Below, one piece after another: positions 28,075 through 37,857 of a stretch of DNA of 52,494 nt. Under the pieces are notes generated by a model, which did not search any database, had not been told where the DNA came from, and saw nothing but the letters and a program-made list of their open reading frames with translations. Each line of letters starts with the position of its first letter. Position 1 is the stretch's first letter. This DNA comes from Candidatus Uhrbacteria bacterium (GTDB taxonomy: Bacteria; Patescibacteriota; Patescibacteriia; UBA9934; GWF2-40-263): positions 1 through 52,494 of the forward strand of contig JACQSF010000003.1 of NCBI GenBank assembly GCA_016206085.1, given 5' to 3'. The translations under genes and the position numbers were made by a program.

Positions 28075-28857
28075 ATGAAATATCCATCACTTGCAAGCTT
28101 GATAGAAAAGTTAAAATCTTCCCCAAGAGTAAAGGGTATTTTTTGTGCTGGTACAACAGCCACAACATTGACTCCGTCAAGTGACATTGACCTAGTGATA
28201 ATAATTGATAAAAATTCTGAAGGAATCAAATCAATTTTTACAACAATTGAAAATCATTTTTCTGACCTTTATTTTTTTGATATGGATTTTCTAAATCAGT
28301 TAAAAGATAAAGACGAAATTTTTGGAAATAATTTTGACGGCATATTTTTGACCTGGTTAGCAACAGGGAAAATTGAATATGACCCAGAAAATGTGTTGTC
28401 AGAAATTAAACACAAAGCTACTGCAACCTTAGCTACGCAAAAAGTACCCGATTCAGAAAAAAGAGATTTTTGGGTAAAGATCAACTATAATTTTGTAGCC
28501 AATTCAAGATATTACAGTTCAAAAGACAAAATTTACCACAAAGCTCTTGAACTTAGACTACTTCATAGTGTCATTGAACTAATTACGGCATATTTTGCTT
28601 TCCGCGGTATTCCGTGGCGTGGAGAAAAGTCTACTGTTAAATACCTACAACAGAATGATCGAGAATTTCTTGCTATATTTGAAAGATATACAAATAGTAC
28701 TTTACTGACTGAAAAAATGAAATTTTATATAGAACTATTCAACGGTGTTCTCTTTGGTGAGTATCGAAAATGGGAAGATGATTTTTTAGTTGCTATTTCA
28801 AACAAAAATCAATATGACCAAAACTTAAATAAGTTTTGGGACAGCTTATTTTATTGA
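28075..28857 (+). CDS. Pol-beta-like nucleotidyltransferase domain protein
   Basis: GT...SDIDLV motif; markedly AT-rich relative to the window. Confidence 0.75.
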   Translation: MKYPSLASLIEKLKSSPRVKGIFCAGTTATTLTPSSDIDLVIIIDKNSEGIKSIFTTIENHFSDLYFFDMDFLNQLKDKDEIFGNNFDGIFLTWLATGKIEYDPENVLSEIKHKATATLATQKVPDSEKRDFWVKINYNFVANSRYYSSKDKIYHKALELRLLHSVIELITAYFAFRGIPWRGEKSTVKYLQQNDREFLAIFERYTNSTLLTEKMKFYIELFNGVLFGEYRKWEDDFLVAISNKNQYDQNLNKFWDSLFY

Positions 28858-28946
28858 GTGTATAAAAAATCAAAAGCCGATGGAGGAACCATCGGCGAAT
28901 AGAGAAGACGATGTAAGAGAGAGCACAGTACCCCCCGTAGCAGGGC

Positions 28947-30623
28947 CTAGAGAGAACGCAAGAGGCGCTTGGCACGCACTTCCGCCTGCTCGAGGTAGTG
29001 TGCGAAGTCCGCGATCGGCGTGACGGTACCCTCACCAACGATTGAGATCTGGTCGAGTCGCGCGTGCTCCATGAAGTAGCGATCGTGGGAGACGATGATC
29101 AGCGTTCCGCAGAAATTCTCCAGAGCTTCTTCGAGCGCTTCCATCGCTTCCAAGTCCAGATGATTCGTCGGCTCGTCGAGGACGAGCGCATTGACCCGCC
29201 GGGCGGCGAAGATCGCGAGCAGAAGGCGGGCGCGAGCGCCGGGGCTCAACGTCGCCACCAGTTCTTTGGCCCGAGTGGGATCCATGCCGAACTGCGCAAC
29301 GAGTGCATAGCGTTCGGAAAGATCCAGATCCGTTTCCCGCGCGAGAACGTCGAGCGGTGACAGATCGCGAGGCAGGGAGTCGTGTTCCTGCATCATGTTG
29401 CCGATCCGGAGACCGGATCCGAGCTCCACCCGACCGGAGAGCGAGGCGAGCTGACAAGTGATCGTCTTTAGCAAGGTCGACTTCCCCGATCCGTTCATAC
29501 CGAGGATCCCGACACGCTGGCCGAAGGGGATGGTCAGAGAAATCGGCCCCACCGTGAATGCGTCGGAGTAGCCCGAGACGACGTCGACGAGACGGATCTC
29601 CCGGCCGCCTTCTCCCATCTCCCGATGAAGATGGATGTTGAGCGGCACACGCTCGAACGGCTTTTCGCTGCGGTCCATCTGTTCCAGGCGCTGTTCGATC
29701 GCTTTGGCTCCGCGAGCGGAACCCGCGGCCTTATCACGCTTGAAGCCGCGCTGGAACTTGTCATTGTCCGTGCCGACGTACCCGGCTCCAGCACTCGCCC
29801 GTCGCCTCAACGATTCAGCGCTCTCGCTCAGTCGATCGATCTCCGCTTGCTGGATGATGTAATCGAGACGCTGTTGTTCGCGGCGCCTGGCACACATGGT
29901 GAGGTAGTCGGTGTAGGTACCGTGGGTCGTGGTGGTCGTACGCAGACGCCAGTCGAGCTCGATCACCTTGTCGGCGATGCGGTCGATGAAACGCCGATCG
30001 TGAGAGACGACCAGTACGGTGGCGTCGGACTTCTTCAGGTAGTCTTCGAGCCAGATAAGTGCCGGAAGGTCGAGATTATTGGTAGGTTCATCGAGAAGCA
30101 GAACGTTATCCTGCCTCAAGAGCATGGCGATCAACGCGACCTTGCTCTTCTGGCCACTGGAGAGCTCTGAAAGTGAGGTTCCCATCCCCAGCTGCTCGAG
30201 CCCGAACCCGGCGAGCATGACCTCGACACGGTAGTCGAACTCATAGCCGTTCATGTGGTCGAAGAGATCTTGTGCCGCTTCGTAGTGACACCTGGCTTCC
30301 GGCTGGTCGAGCTTGACGACGCACTCGGCCATGGTCGCTTCAGCGGCGGCGAGCCCGCTGACTTCTTTGAGGTAGCCGAGAATCGACTGCGTGCCGACGA
30401 GGGAGGTGTCCTGCGGCAGGTAGCCGATCCGCGCACCCGGGGCGAACTCGATCTTTCCGGCATCGACCTCTTCGAGGCCCGCCAGAATCTTGAGGATCGT
30501 TGTTTTCCCCGTGCCATTGTAGCCGACGATCGCCGCCCGCTGGCCGTTGCCGATGATGAAGTCGACACCAGCAAGGACGGTCGCCGTACCGTAGGTCTTA
30601 TACAATCCTTTCACGCTGATCAT
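28947..30623 (-). CDS. ABC-F family ATPase
   Basis: Two ABC domains (GYNGTGKT/LSSGQ/LDEPTNNLD and GMNGSGKS/LSPGA/LDEPTNHLD); no TM segment. Confidence 0.93.
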   Translation of the reverse strand: MISVKGLYKTYGTATVLAGVDFIIGNGQRAAIVGYNGTGKTTILKILAGLEEVDAGKIEFAPGARIGYLPQDTSLVGTQSILGYLKEVSGLAAAEATMAECVVKLDQPEARCHYEAAQDLFDHMNGYEFDYRVEVMLAGFGLEQLGMGTSLSELSSGQKSKVALIAMLLRQDNVLLLDEPTNNLDLPALIWLEDYLKKSDATVLVVSHDRRFIDRIADKVIELDWRLRTTTTTHGTYTDYLTMCARRREQQRLDYIIQQAEIDRLSESAESLRRRASAGAGYVGTDNDKFQRGFKRDKAAGSARGAKAIEQRLEQMDRSEKPFERVPLNIHLHREMGEGGREIRLVDVVSGYSDAFTVGPISLTIPFGQRVGILGMNGSGKSTLLKTITCQLASLSGRVELGSGLRIGNMMQEHDSLPRDLSPLDVLARETDLDLSERYALVAQFGMDPTRAKELVATLSPGARARLLLAIFAARRVNALVLDEPTNHLDLEAMEALEEALENFCGTLIIVSHDRYFMEHARLDQISIVGEGTVTPIADFAHYLEQAEVRAKRLLRSL

Positions 30624-30646
30624 GGGAGCTCCAAACGTTATGCTGA

Positions 30647-31459
30647 CTACTGCTTGTAGTATTCAGCGATGAGATGTTGTGCACAGCCGCATCTGAACGA
30701 TCCGAGTCGTTCGATGAGGCGAAGGACGGTCGTGCGCGTGACCTGGACATTGCGCCGGAAGATGGCGAGCACCTGATCCATGTTGCTAGGATCCATACTG
30801 AGCGTCTTGCCAACACCTACGTCCCAGTCGGTCACTGAGGCAATCGTAGCGTAGCACAGGCCAAGCTCGCGAGCGAAGTAGCATTCTGGGTATTGGGTCA
30901 TGTTGACCACATCCCAGCGGTTGCGGATGAAGAATTGGCTCTCCGCCTTGGTCGAAAACCGCGGGCCCTGAATGACGACGATCGTTCCCTGGCCGTACAC
31001 CGTTGCCCCTTCGTTCAGAAGAGCCGTGCGGGCTTCCTGACGCAAGGCCTGGCAGAACGGTTCCGCCATCGGCAGATGGATGAACACCCGTTCGTCGCCA
31101 CCATCGTCGCGGCCGTGGGTGAAGTGTACGAACTGGTCGGGCAGAACGAACGCCCCAGGGGCGATCTTCTTCTTCAAACTCCCGACGATGCAGGTGCTGA
31201 TGATCGTTTTCACCCCAACGGCTTTGAGAGCGAACACATTCGCCTTGTAGGGAATGCGATGCGGGGCATGCTGATGCACCATGCCATGGCGTGGCAGGAA
31301 GACGATTGGCACTCCTTGATACTCCGCGAACCACAGGGCTTCAGACGGTGGGCCGTACGGCGTTTTTACCAGACGGCTCTCGAGAATCGTCAGCTCCGGA
31401 AAAGTTTCCAATCCGGTGCCGCCGATAATCCCGATAGGTGCAGGATGCTCAGTCGACAT
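30647..31459 (-). CDS. MTAP family purine nucleoside phosphorylase
   Basis: IGIIGGTG, TPYG, LPRHG, GPRFSTKAES, VNMT..PE, VTDWD. Confidence 0.92.
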   Translation of the reverse strand: MSTEHPAPIGIIGGTGLETFPELTILESRLVKTPYGPPSEALWFAEYQGVPIVFLPRHGMVHQHAPHRIPYKANVFALKAVGVKTIISTCIVGSLKKKIAPGAFVLPDQFVHFTHGRDDGGDERVFIHLPMAEPFCQALRQEARTALLNEGATVYGQGTIVVIQGPRFSTKAESQFFIRNRWDVVNMTQYPECYFARELGLCYATIASVTDWDVGVGKTLSMDPSNMDQVLAIFRRNVQVTRTTVLRLIERLGSFRCGCAQHLIAEYYKQ

Positions 31460-32789
31460 GGTTTGGCTCTCCGAATTCAGACCAGATGAGTTGTTCGAAC
31501 ACTGCTTGCGAGAACGTCGTGAGCACCCGGTCAGCGCTCAAGAAGTTCCCGCTGAGGTCGTTGCCGCCCCAGGCGCATCCGAGTCCGGACAGCGCTTTGC
31601 TGTCGTCGTCCCGATGAGCCGGGTGCAGGAGCGGTGAACGCTGGCGCCACTGTGCCACGATCGGGGCTTGGCTGATGCGAAAGTCAAGACCGACTTCGCG
31701 CACGGCCCCGAGATTGGCTGGATGGAACGGGCAGTTGGAGATCTGGCCGTCAGGCCGAATCACCAACTGGTTGCCGTAGCAGGTACAGTCATGGGGATGC
31801 GGATCGCGATCGCGGAACGCGGCCACCTTCTTCCCCATCTGGAACTCGAAGCCGGCTTCTCCGGTGGAACGAGCACTGGCGATCACCCCTTCCACGCAAC
31901 GTGCTTCGAACGCCGCATGTCCCCCTACGGGGAGAAGCTCGATCACGGCGTGACCGCGCAGGAAGTTGATCCCGAACTGTTCCACGCCGAGGGCCCGGTA
32001 GAAGCGCCCGAGCTCCGACAGCTCGTTCACGTTGCCCGGGTTAGCGATCGCGGAAACCGCCACGCGCAATCCTGCGGACTGCAGGCGTTGAATGGAAGCG
32101 ACGATCGCATCGAACGATCCGCGCCCACCGGCATAGCGGCGCGCCCGATCATTTTCTATCCGATCGCCATCCAATCCGACGACCGTCAGGACGTTGTGCC
32201 GCACACAGGCAGCGATCGTCTCGTCATCGAACAACGTTCCGTTGGTGACGATCATCGCTTCGGTGCTCGCAGGTAGACGTCCGCTCTGACGCAATCGCCG
32301 CATCTCTTCGAGAGCGCCCAGGAAAACCGGTTTATTCAGAAGCGGCTCCCCGCCGTAGAAGATGATGTGGTTTTGCGCCATCGGATCTGCCGCGTCCCGT
32401 AGATGCTCGCACCACAGCTCCAAGCCGCGGACAGCATCTTCGCGGGAAAGCAGATTCTCGCCGTAGCGCATGGCCATACCGGGCACCGGACAGTAGGTGC
32501 AGGTGAAGTTGCATCCTTGCGCGAGCATCAGGTAGAGAATCAGCGGCTGATTGAGCTTGCGCTCGAGCCGAGCCGCCGCTTCACGCCAGATGGCATCGTC
32601 ATCCGCTTCGGACGAAACGACCAGCTTGCGTTCGGCAAGCTTGCGAAGAAGTGCATCATCACAGACACCTTCCTTGAACGCGCGCCAACGGTCAGCGCGG
32701 CAGTAAACGGGATCGGGCTGGAGTTCGTGAAAGATCACGAACCAGCCATCCCGTTCACGCGAACGCAGGTACCGAGAGAACTGGGTCAT
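31449..32789 (-). CDS. Radical SAM protein with SPASM/twitch-like C-terminus
   Basis: CNFTCTYC, FYGGEPLL, TNG; C-terminal CTC...IRPDGQISNC; N-terminal extension. Confidence 0.9.
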   Translation of the reverse strand: MTQFSRYLRSRERDGWFVIFHELQPDPVYCRADRWRAFKEGVCDDALLRKLAERKLVVSSEADDDAIWREAAARLERKLNQPLILYLMLAQGCNFTCTYCPVPGMAMRYGENLLSREDAVRGLELWCEHLRDAADPMAQNHIIFYGGEPLLNKPVFLGALEEMRRLRQSGRLPASTEAMIVTNGTLFDDETIAACVRHNVLTVVGLDGDRIENDRARRYAGGRGSFDAIVASIQRLQSAGLRVAVSAIANPGNVNELSELGRFYRALGVEQFGINFLRGHAVIELLPVGGHAAFEARCVEGVIASARSTGEAGFEFQMGKKVAAFRDRDPHPHDCTCYGNQLVIRPDGQISNCPFHPANLGAVREVGLDFRISQAPIVAQWRQRSPLLHPAHRDDDSKALSGLGCAWGGNDLSGNFLSADRVLTTFSQAVFEQLIWSEFGEPNHVD

Positions 32790-32878
32790 GGATATTCCTT
32801 CTCAAGATAAATTGAAGGGGGCCACCGCCGTACGCGATGAGCCCCCTTGGTTTAGCCACCCAGCCCGCTTGTTGACGC

Positions 32879-33076
32879 CTACACCTCCACGTTGGCGGCC
32901 GCGGAGCCCGCCTGCTGGAGCTCGGCGAACTCTGCCGCGCTGAGGTTGACCTTCCCGCCGTGATCGTCCGTGATCTCGACGTTCCCGTCGAGGCTGATCT
33001 TCACGGTGGGACAGCACCCCTGCACGCCGCAAAGGGTGATGATGGTGTTGCCGTCTTCGTCGATCCTCCGTTCCAT
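32879..33076 (-). CDS. Small Cys-motif protein (65 aa), candidate radical SAM substrate or partner
   Basis: AAGGAG SD; MERRIDEDGNTIITLCGVQGCCPTV...; first gene of the operon. Confidence 0.75.
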   Translation of the reverse strand: MERRIDEDGNTIITLCGVQGCCPTVKISLDGNVEITDDHGGKVNLSAAEFAELQQAGSAAANVEV

Positions 33077-33234
33077 ACTCGTACTCCTTGGGTTCAGCGT
33101 CACAATGGGTCGACGCTCCCCGTACCGTATACCGAGTCAAAAAAAGAATCAAACTAAACACCTTGGAATCCACGGAGGATCAGGTTTCATAGTAGGATAC
33201 CTTCAGTCTACGATTTTAATAAAAACATGACCAA

Positions 33235-33261
33235 AGTGACAATGTGACATGAAAAAACCAC
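33235..33261 (+). repeat. Direct repeat, right copy (27 bp)
   Basis: AGTGACAATGTGACATGAAAAAACCAC. Confidence 0.8.
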
Positions 33262-33450
33262 TAACTGTCCACCCCCGACGCTCATGTGGGGTCGGGGCTC
33301 CGACCAAAGCGTCGGAGCTGGTCCGTTCGTGGTTTTTTGTTCGGAAGTCATTGCCTGCTATACTGTAAACATTCACTGGACAATTATCCCCAGTCGCCGC
33401 TTTCTTGAGACGTTTTCTTTGCTCGTAACTATCTTTCGTGCAACTTGTGT

Positions 33451-34206
33451 ATGTCTGTTGATTTCATGAAGCTCCTGACCGAGCTCGGACTGACGCCAAC
33501 CGAGACCCGTGTCTACCTCTCTTCACTCAAGCTTGGGCCAACGTCTGTACAGGAAATTGCGAAACGCGCCAAACTTTCTCGTACCGCAACATATGATGTG
33601 ATTGCCGCGCTCCAAGATCGAGGACTCATGTCCACCTTCGATCGAGGCAAGAAGAAATTTTTTGCTGCCGAAGAGCCAGAGCGGGCTGTGGCGTATTTCA
33701 AAACGCGTGTAGCAGATTTGTCCGAACGTATTGAGACGTTTAGTCGTTCGCTCCAGGAGATGAAAATGCTTGCCGGAGGCGAGCGGCCAGTTGTACGATT
33801 CTTTGAGGGGCGGGAGGCGCTTTATGCCCTCTTCAGTGATCTTGTTTCGCAGCATCCTCAAGAACTTCTTGAACTCGCCAACATCGATGTCGTCTACGAA
33901 GGGCTTGATCAAAATGTGTTGCTGGATGCGCGCAAGGCACTGGACGACTCACGGGTAAAGATTAAAATGTTGCACCGGGGAGAGTTGCGCAATCCGCGTA
34001 AGAACGCAGAATATTGTCGGCTTCTCCCGGAGTTTGGGGATTTTTCTGGAGAGATTTGGATTTATGAAAATCGTGTGGCGTTTGTGGAGTTTGTAGGAAA
34101 GATGGTGACGGTCATTATTGAGAGTAAAATTTTTGCGGACATGGCACGCGTGCTTTTTAATGCCGCATGGGCGGTGTGTCGTGCTGATCCGTACCGAAAT
34201 CGATAA
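33451..34206 (+). CDS. TrmB family transcriptional regulator
   Basis: LGLTPTETRVY wHTH, PVVRFFEG, IWIYENRV; start uncertain (33451 or 33466). Confidence 0.88.
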   Translation: MSVDFMKLLTELGLTPTETRVYLSSLKLGPTSVQEIAKRAKLSRTATYDVIAALQDRGLMSTFDRGKKKFFAAEEPERAVAYFKTRVADLSERIETFSRSLQEMKMLAGGERPVVRFFEGREALYALFSDLVSQHPQELLELANIDVVYEGLDQNVLLDARKALDDSRVKIKMLHRGELRNPRKNAEYCRLLPEFGDFSGEIWIYENRVAFVEFVGKMVTVIIESKIFADMARVLFNAAWAVCRADPYRNR

Positions 34207-34210
34207 ATGT

Positions 34211-34495
34211 AAAAGAAAACCCGCCGTTGCTCGAGTCGAGCTATGGCGGGCAGGCCGATCGGGAAGCGATCGGGACGTTCCGGCGTAACCGGGGTGGCCG
34301 TAGAGCCGAGGGGGTGTTAGCCGCCCATGTGACAACCTCCGCGAGGGAGTGGGAGACAGGACGAGGAGTGTCCCATCAATTCGTACATACGGGAGCGAAG
34401 TCCCGTCTGGGAGAATGACTCCCGAGCCTATTTCTTAGTACCTGAATTTGTGGTTCATGCCTCTATGGCAGTCACCCGTTCATTGTTCCTCCTCA
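34211..34495 (-). ncRNA. Candidate multi-hairpin non-coding RNA
   Basis: TACACT -10 box at 34502-34507, a string of short hairpins, terminal stem plus TTTTCTTTT; no credible ORF. Confidence 0.4.
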
Positions 34496-34593
34496 TCTGT
34501 CAGTGTAGCGCGATGCGAATTTTTGGAAAGTCCTTTTCCCACACCTCTCATGTCCAATTTTTCTGAACACTATTTCTGTTATCATGCTCGCGT

Positions 34594-35460
34594 ATGGCCT
34601 ATAGAAAAAGGGTTCTTCTCATCCCGCCCAATGACGCAGAAGCGATCATGATCCGTCAGCTTGCGGACAAACTTGGGTTACCTGTTATTGAGTCGCACCA
34701 GCTTCACGGGGCTTCTTTGGATAAGGGGAACAACTATGTCGGTGCGGTGAAAGAGGGCGGATACACACGGGTGATCGTCGTGGAAATGCCCGGACCCAGG
34801 GCTGAGGCGAAGCTTTGCAAGATGGGAATCAAGCTTGAGATCATCGATCACCATCACTACACCGGACTCTCACGGGCGCATGACTCGGATGGTCGATTAC
34901 TTCCGTCGTCGCTTGAACAGTTTTTGAAGATGTTTAAGGTGACTGATGGGCAACTCACGCAATGGGGTTTTGTCCCCAAGCTTGTGCGCGGCATTGGGAT
35001 TCAGGATCGAGGATATGTGTGGGCTCTGCAAGACGAGGGGTACACGACAAAGGAGATCGATGAGGTCATGGCGTTTCACGATTCACTCATTGCGCATCTT
35101 CACAATCCAAAGACAGAGGCACGCAAGGAACGTCTCGCGAAAGCTGCCTGGAAACGACGCAAAAAGTGGCGGGAGTTCTGGGTCGTGACGACACGCGCGG
35201 ATGTACAGCTGCGTCCTCGCCTCTCCCGGTTCGTTGCACAGAAAATTGGAAAGCCAACCTCGATGATTATCGTCGAGCATGGCCGCGGCCTCATCTATGT
35301 TCAAGAGTCTCCCTATGCCTTACACCTATTCGAACGTTTCGGTGGTTTCACGTTTGGGTTGGATCGCAACTGGGGACATAAGAACGAACCACACAAAAAA
35401 AAAGTGACCTTGCGTGACGTGAAGCAGGCAATTAGTCTTGTGCATCGGAGCAACGGCTAA
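34594..35460 (+). CDS. Hypothetical protein with DHH-like motif
   Basis: NDAE..., IIDHH; 288 aa. Confidence 0.7.
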   Translation: MAYRKRVLLIPPNDAEAIMIRQLADKLGLPVIESHQLHGASLDKGNNYVGAVKEGGYTRVIVVEMPGPRAEAKLCKMGIKLEIIDHHHYTGLSRAHDSDGRLLPSSLEQFLKMFKVTDGQLTQWGFVPKLVRGIGIQDRGYVWALQDEGYTTKEIDEVMAFHDSLIAHLHNPKTEARKERLAKAAWKRRKKWREFWVVTTRADVQLRPRLSRFVAQKIGKPTSMIIVEHGRGLIYVQESPYALHLFERFGGFTFGLDRNWGHKNEPHKKKVTLRDVKQAISLVHRSNG

Positions 35461-35469
35461 TGCGTCAGT

Positions 35470-36069
35470 ATGCAAAGTTTTTTAATTGGTCTTGCGGGAC
35501 TTTCAGGGGCAGGGAAGTCGACTCTTGCCGATCATCTTGAAGCCCAGGGCGGGGTGAAGCGGTTTCGATTCGATGCCTACTACAAGACCGCGCAGGACTG
35601 TCCGAAACTTGCCGATGGTCGACCACATTGGGACTTGCCTGATAGTCTCTATCTCGACGAGCTCTATGACGCGCTTGTTGAGCTCAAAGTGGGGAACGAT
35701 ATCTTTCTCCCAATTTATAATCGTCGTCTGTGCGACCGCACGGGACGTATGCTCTACAAACCTGCTCCCGTGTTATTCGTTGAAGGACTGCAACTCTTTG
35801 CCGATCCACGTGTGCGAGAGCTTCTTGATCTACGACTCTGGCTGGACATCGATGAAGGGACAGCTCTTGCGCGTCGCTTGCAACGCCAACCGGATTACGA
35901 CGTTGACTATCATCAAACCGTGGCGCTTCCAGCCCAGCGCAAGCACGTCTTACCCCTTCGTGCCTACGCCCATGGCATTATTGACGGATCTCAGACCATC
36001 AAGATGGTGGCAGAAACAACAGATGAGATTATCCAGAGATTTTTTGGGTTCAGCGATACAATAGCGTAA
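35470..36069 (+). CDS. udk: Uridine kinase family
   Basis: GLAGLSGAGKST, DAYY, WDLPDS, VEG, RRLQR. Confidence 0.8.
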   Translation: MQSFLIGLAGLSGAGKSTLADHLEAQGGVKRFRFDAYYKTAQDCPKLADGRPHWDLPDSLYLDELYDALVELKVGNDIFLPIYNRRLCDRTGRMLYKPAPVLFVEGLQLFADPRVRELLDLRLWLDIDEGTALARRLQRQPDYDVDYHQTVALPAQRKHVLPLRAYAHGIIDGSQTIKMVAETTDEIIQRFFGFSDTIA

Positions 36070-36081
36070 AATAAGAGCGCT

Positions 36082-37299
36082 ATGTGGCGGTTTGAATCCA
36101 CTCACGAACGCGCAGAATCTCACTATCTCGATCAGATGATCGCGAAGATTGAGGCTGACCCCCACCTGTTCAGACATGCCGAGGCTCTATTGGATGCCAT
36201 GGTGCATCAAGAGCCACTGATCGCCCAGAGCCTTAAAACACCACAGGATGTTCGATACCATGCCGAAGGACCGTTCATGCGCGATCATCTGCGGCTCATG
36301 CTCATGTTTTTGTTTGCTCTCTCTGAAGAAAAAATACATCTTGTCGACATTGAGGAGTTTCGTCGTCTGAAGGGGTATGAGGGTGAAGTGCAGGAGCTCG
36401 AGGATACGATCAAAGAGCATGTCGCCTTTTTTCAGGTGTTCGCCTTGTGTCATGATGTTGCGAAGTGGGTGACCGTCACGTTTAGTTCCAAGCCGGGTTC
36501 TCGTGGAGAGGCGCTTGGATTCAACACGCCTCGCCTCCATCACTTTGACGATGCGGCGCACGAGCGAGCGAATAAGCGTTCAGAGTATCTTGAATTGTAT
36601 AACACATTTTCAACGCGAGAGTTCACTGGGACGGATCGCGAGACACAGACACAGTTTTACCTCCAGTACGGGGTGAATGTGCACTACCCTACCCATGCTC
36701 GAAAAATTGATGCGCCCGTGTTTGCCGCTCTTTTGACCCGCCTGTGCCATGCGCACGATATATCTGATCATGATCGGTCTATGATCGGGGATCTCATTGT
36801 GCAACACATGGAGTGTGGGTTTGATTTCAAAATTCGTCGTCCTGCCCGCATTCGTCGATACACACATCTGGCCTTCAAGCGCGGGTACGATGCGGATGAT
36901 TTTATTGATCTCGCTCAAGGATGTCTGTTGCTCGATCAAGTCGTTGGATCACGGCGCCTTTCTGCCCATGGTTATTGGCATGATCCTCGGTCACTCATTC
37001 ATTTCTTTCAGAGCGAACACGACTTCGCGCCGCATCGTCGAGCACAGAAAGAGGCCGTCAGAGAGGGACAAGAAAAGAAAGAGCGTAATCGGGTCTTGCG
37101 TGAAGTTGGATTAGACGGCATAGCTATGATGGATGTGCTCGGGATGGAACCTGGATCTGAGTTTGGACTGGCTCTGCGTCGCATCCATGCCGCGGTGTTG
37201 GGTCAGGGAGAGATGCCAGGTTTTGGGAAAAAGATCGATGCAGAGATTGAACGCCGTGCCGGAGAGTTTTATCAAAAGATGTTTGAAAAAGGGGAGTAA
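36082..37299 (+). CDS. HD-domain protein
   Basis: YHAEG..DH, HDVAK, HYPTHA, HM; tail resembles tRNA nucleotidyltransferase C-termini. Confidence 0.75.
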   Translation: MWRFESTHERAESHYLDQMIAKIEADPHLFRHAEALLDAMVHQEPLIAQSLKTPQDVRYHAEGPFMRDHLRLMLMFLFALSEEKIHLVDIEEFRRLKGYEGEVQELEDTIKEHVAFFQVFALCHDVAKWVTVTFSSKPGSRGEALGFNTPRLHHFDDAAHERANKRSEYLELYNTFSTREFTGTDRETQTQFYLQYGVNVHYPTHARKIDAPVFAALLTRLCHAHDISDHDRSMIGDLIVQHMECGFDFKIRRPARIRRYTHLAFKRGYDADDFIDLAQGCLLLDQVVGSRRLSAHGYWHDPRSLIHFFQSEHDFAPHRRAQKEAVREGQEKKERNRVLREVGLDGIAMMDVLGMEPGSEFGLALRRIHAAVLGQGEMPGFGKKIDAEIERRAGEFYQKMFEKGE

Positions 37300-37300
37300 T

Positions 37301-37801
37301 ATGGACGAGAAGAATAAAAGTGTTGCATACATCGATGGCGCGAACCTTCACAAAGGGATTTCTGGATTGGGCTGGAAGTTGGACTATCGGAAATTTAGGT
37401 CTTGGATTCGGCAGAAGTATGGAGTGTCTGATGCCTGTTTGTTTATTGGATTAATAACGAAACATGCGTCCCTTTATACCTCCTTGCAGAGCGCAGGATA
37501 TAGATTGATTTTTAAAGAGGTTGTCTATGATGGAGACGGAAAGGCAAAGGGAAACTGTGATGCCGATTTGGTTCTCAATGCGGTAAGGGATTTTTTTGAG
37601 AATAATATTACGCAGGTCATTCTTGTTTCAAGCGATGGAGATTATGCTCCTCTTGTAAAATTTTGGCAGGAAAAATCCGTTTCCTGTACGGTGGTTTCAC
37701 CTGCTCCACGAAAACGATGTTCGATCCTCCTGAAAAAGACGGACGTCTCCATTTTGTATCTCGAGGAGGTTAAGCATAAGTTGTCATATACTCCAAAATA
37801 A
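37301..37801 (+). CDS. NYN domain (LabA/DUF88) ribonuclease, paralog of 15025-15576
   Basis: YIDGANL, KGNCDADL, SSDGDY; start reassigned to ATG 37301. Confidence 0.9.
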   Translation: MDEKNKSVAYIDGANLHKGISGLGWKLDYRKFRSWIRQKYGVSDACLFIGLITKHASLYTSLQSAGYRLIFKEVVYDGDGKAKGNCDADLVLNAVRDFFENNITQVILVSSDGDYAPLVKFWQEKSVSCTVVSPAPRKRCSILLKKTDVSILYLEEVKHKLSYTPK

Positions 37802-37851
37802 AAGAGCCCCCGGTACGGACGTATCCGTACAAGGGTCTCTTTCGTGGTGAT
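37795..37851 (-). ncRNA. Candidate small RNA convergent with the NYN gene (copy 2)
   Basis: Same leader, hairpin and U tract as 15024-15079; 39/47 ungapped identity. Confidence 0.7.
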
Positions 37852-37857
37852 ACTTCA

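Noticed and set aside
34525-34533. GGAAAGTCC resembling the RNase P RNA P4 motif
   Set aside because: No following RNase P elements and no 3' P4 partner.
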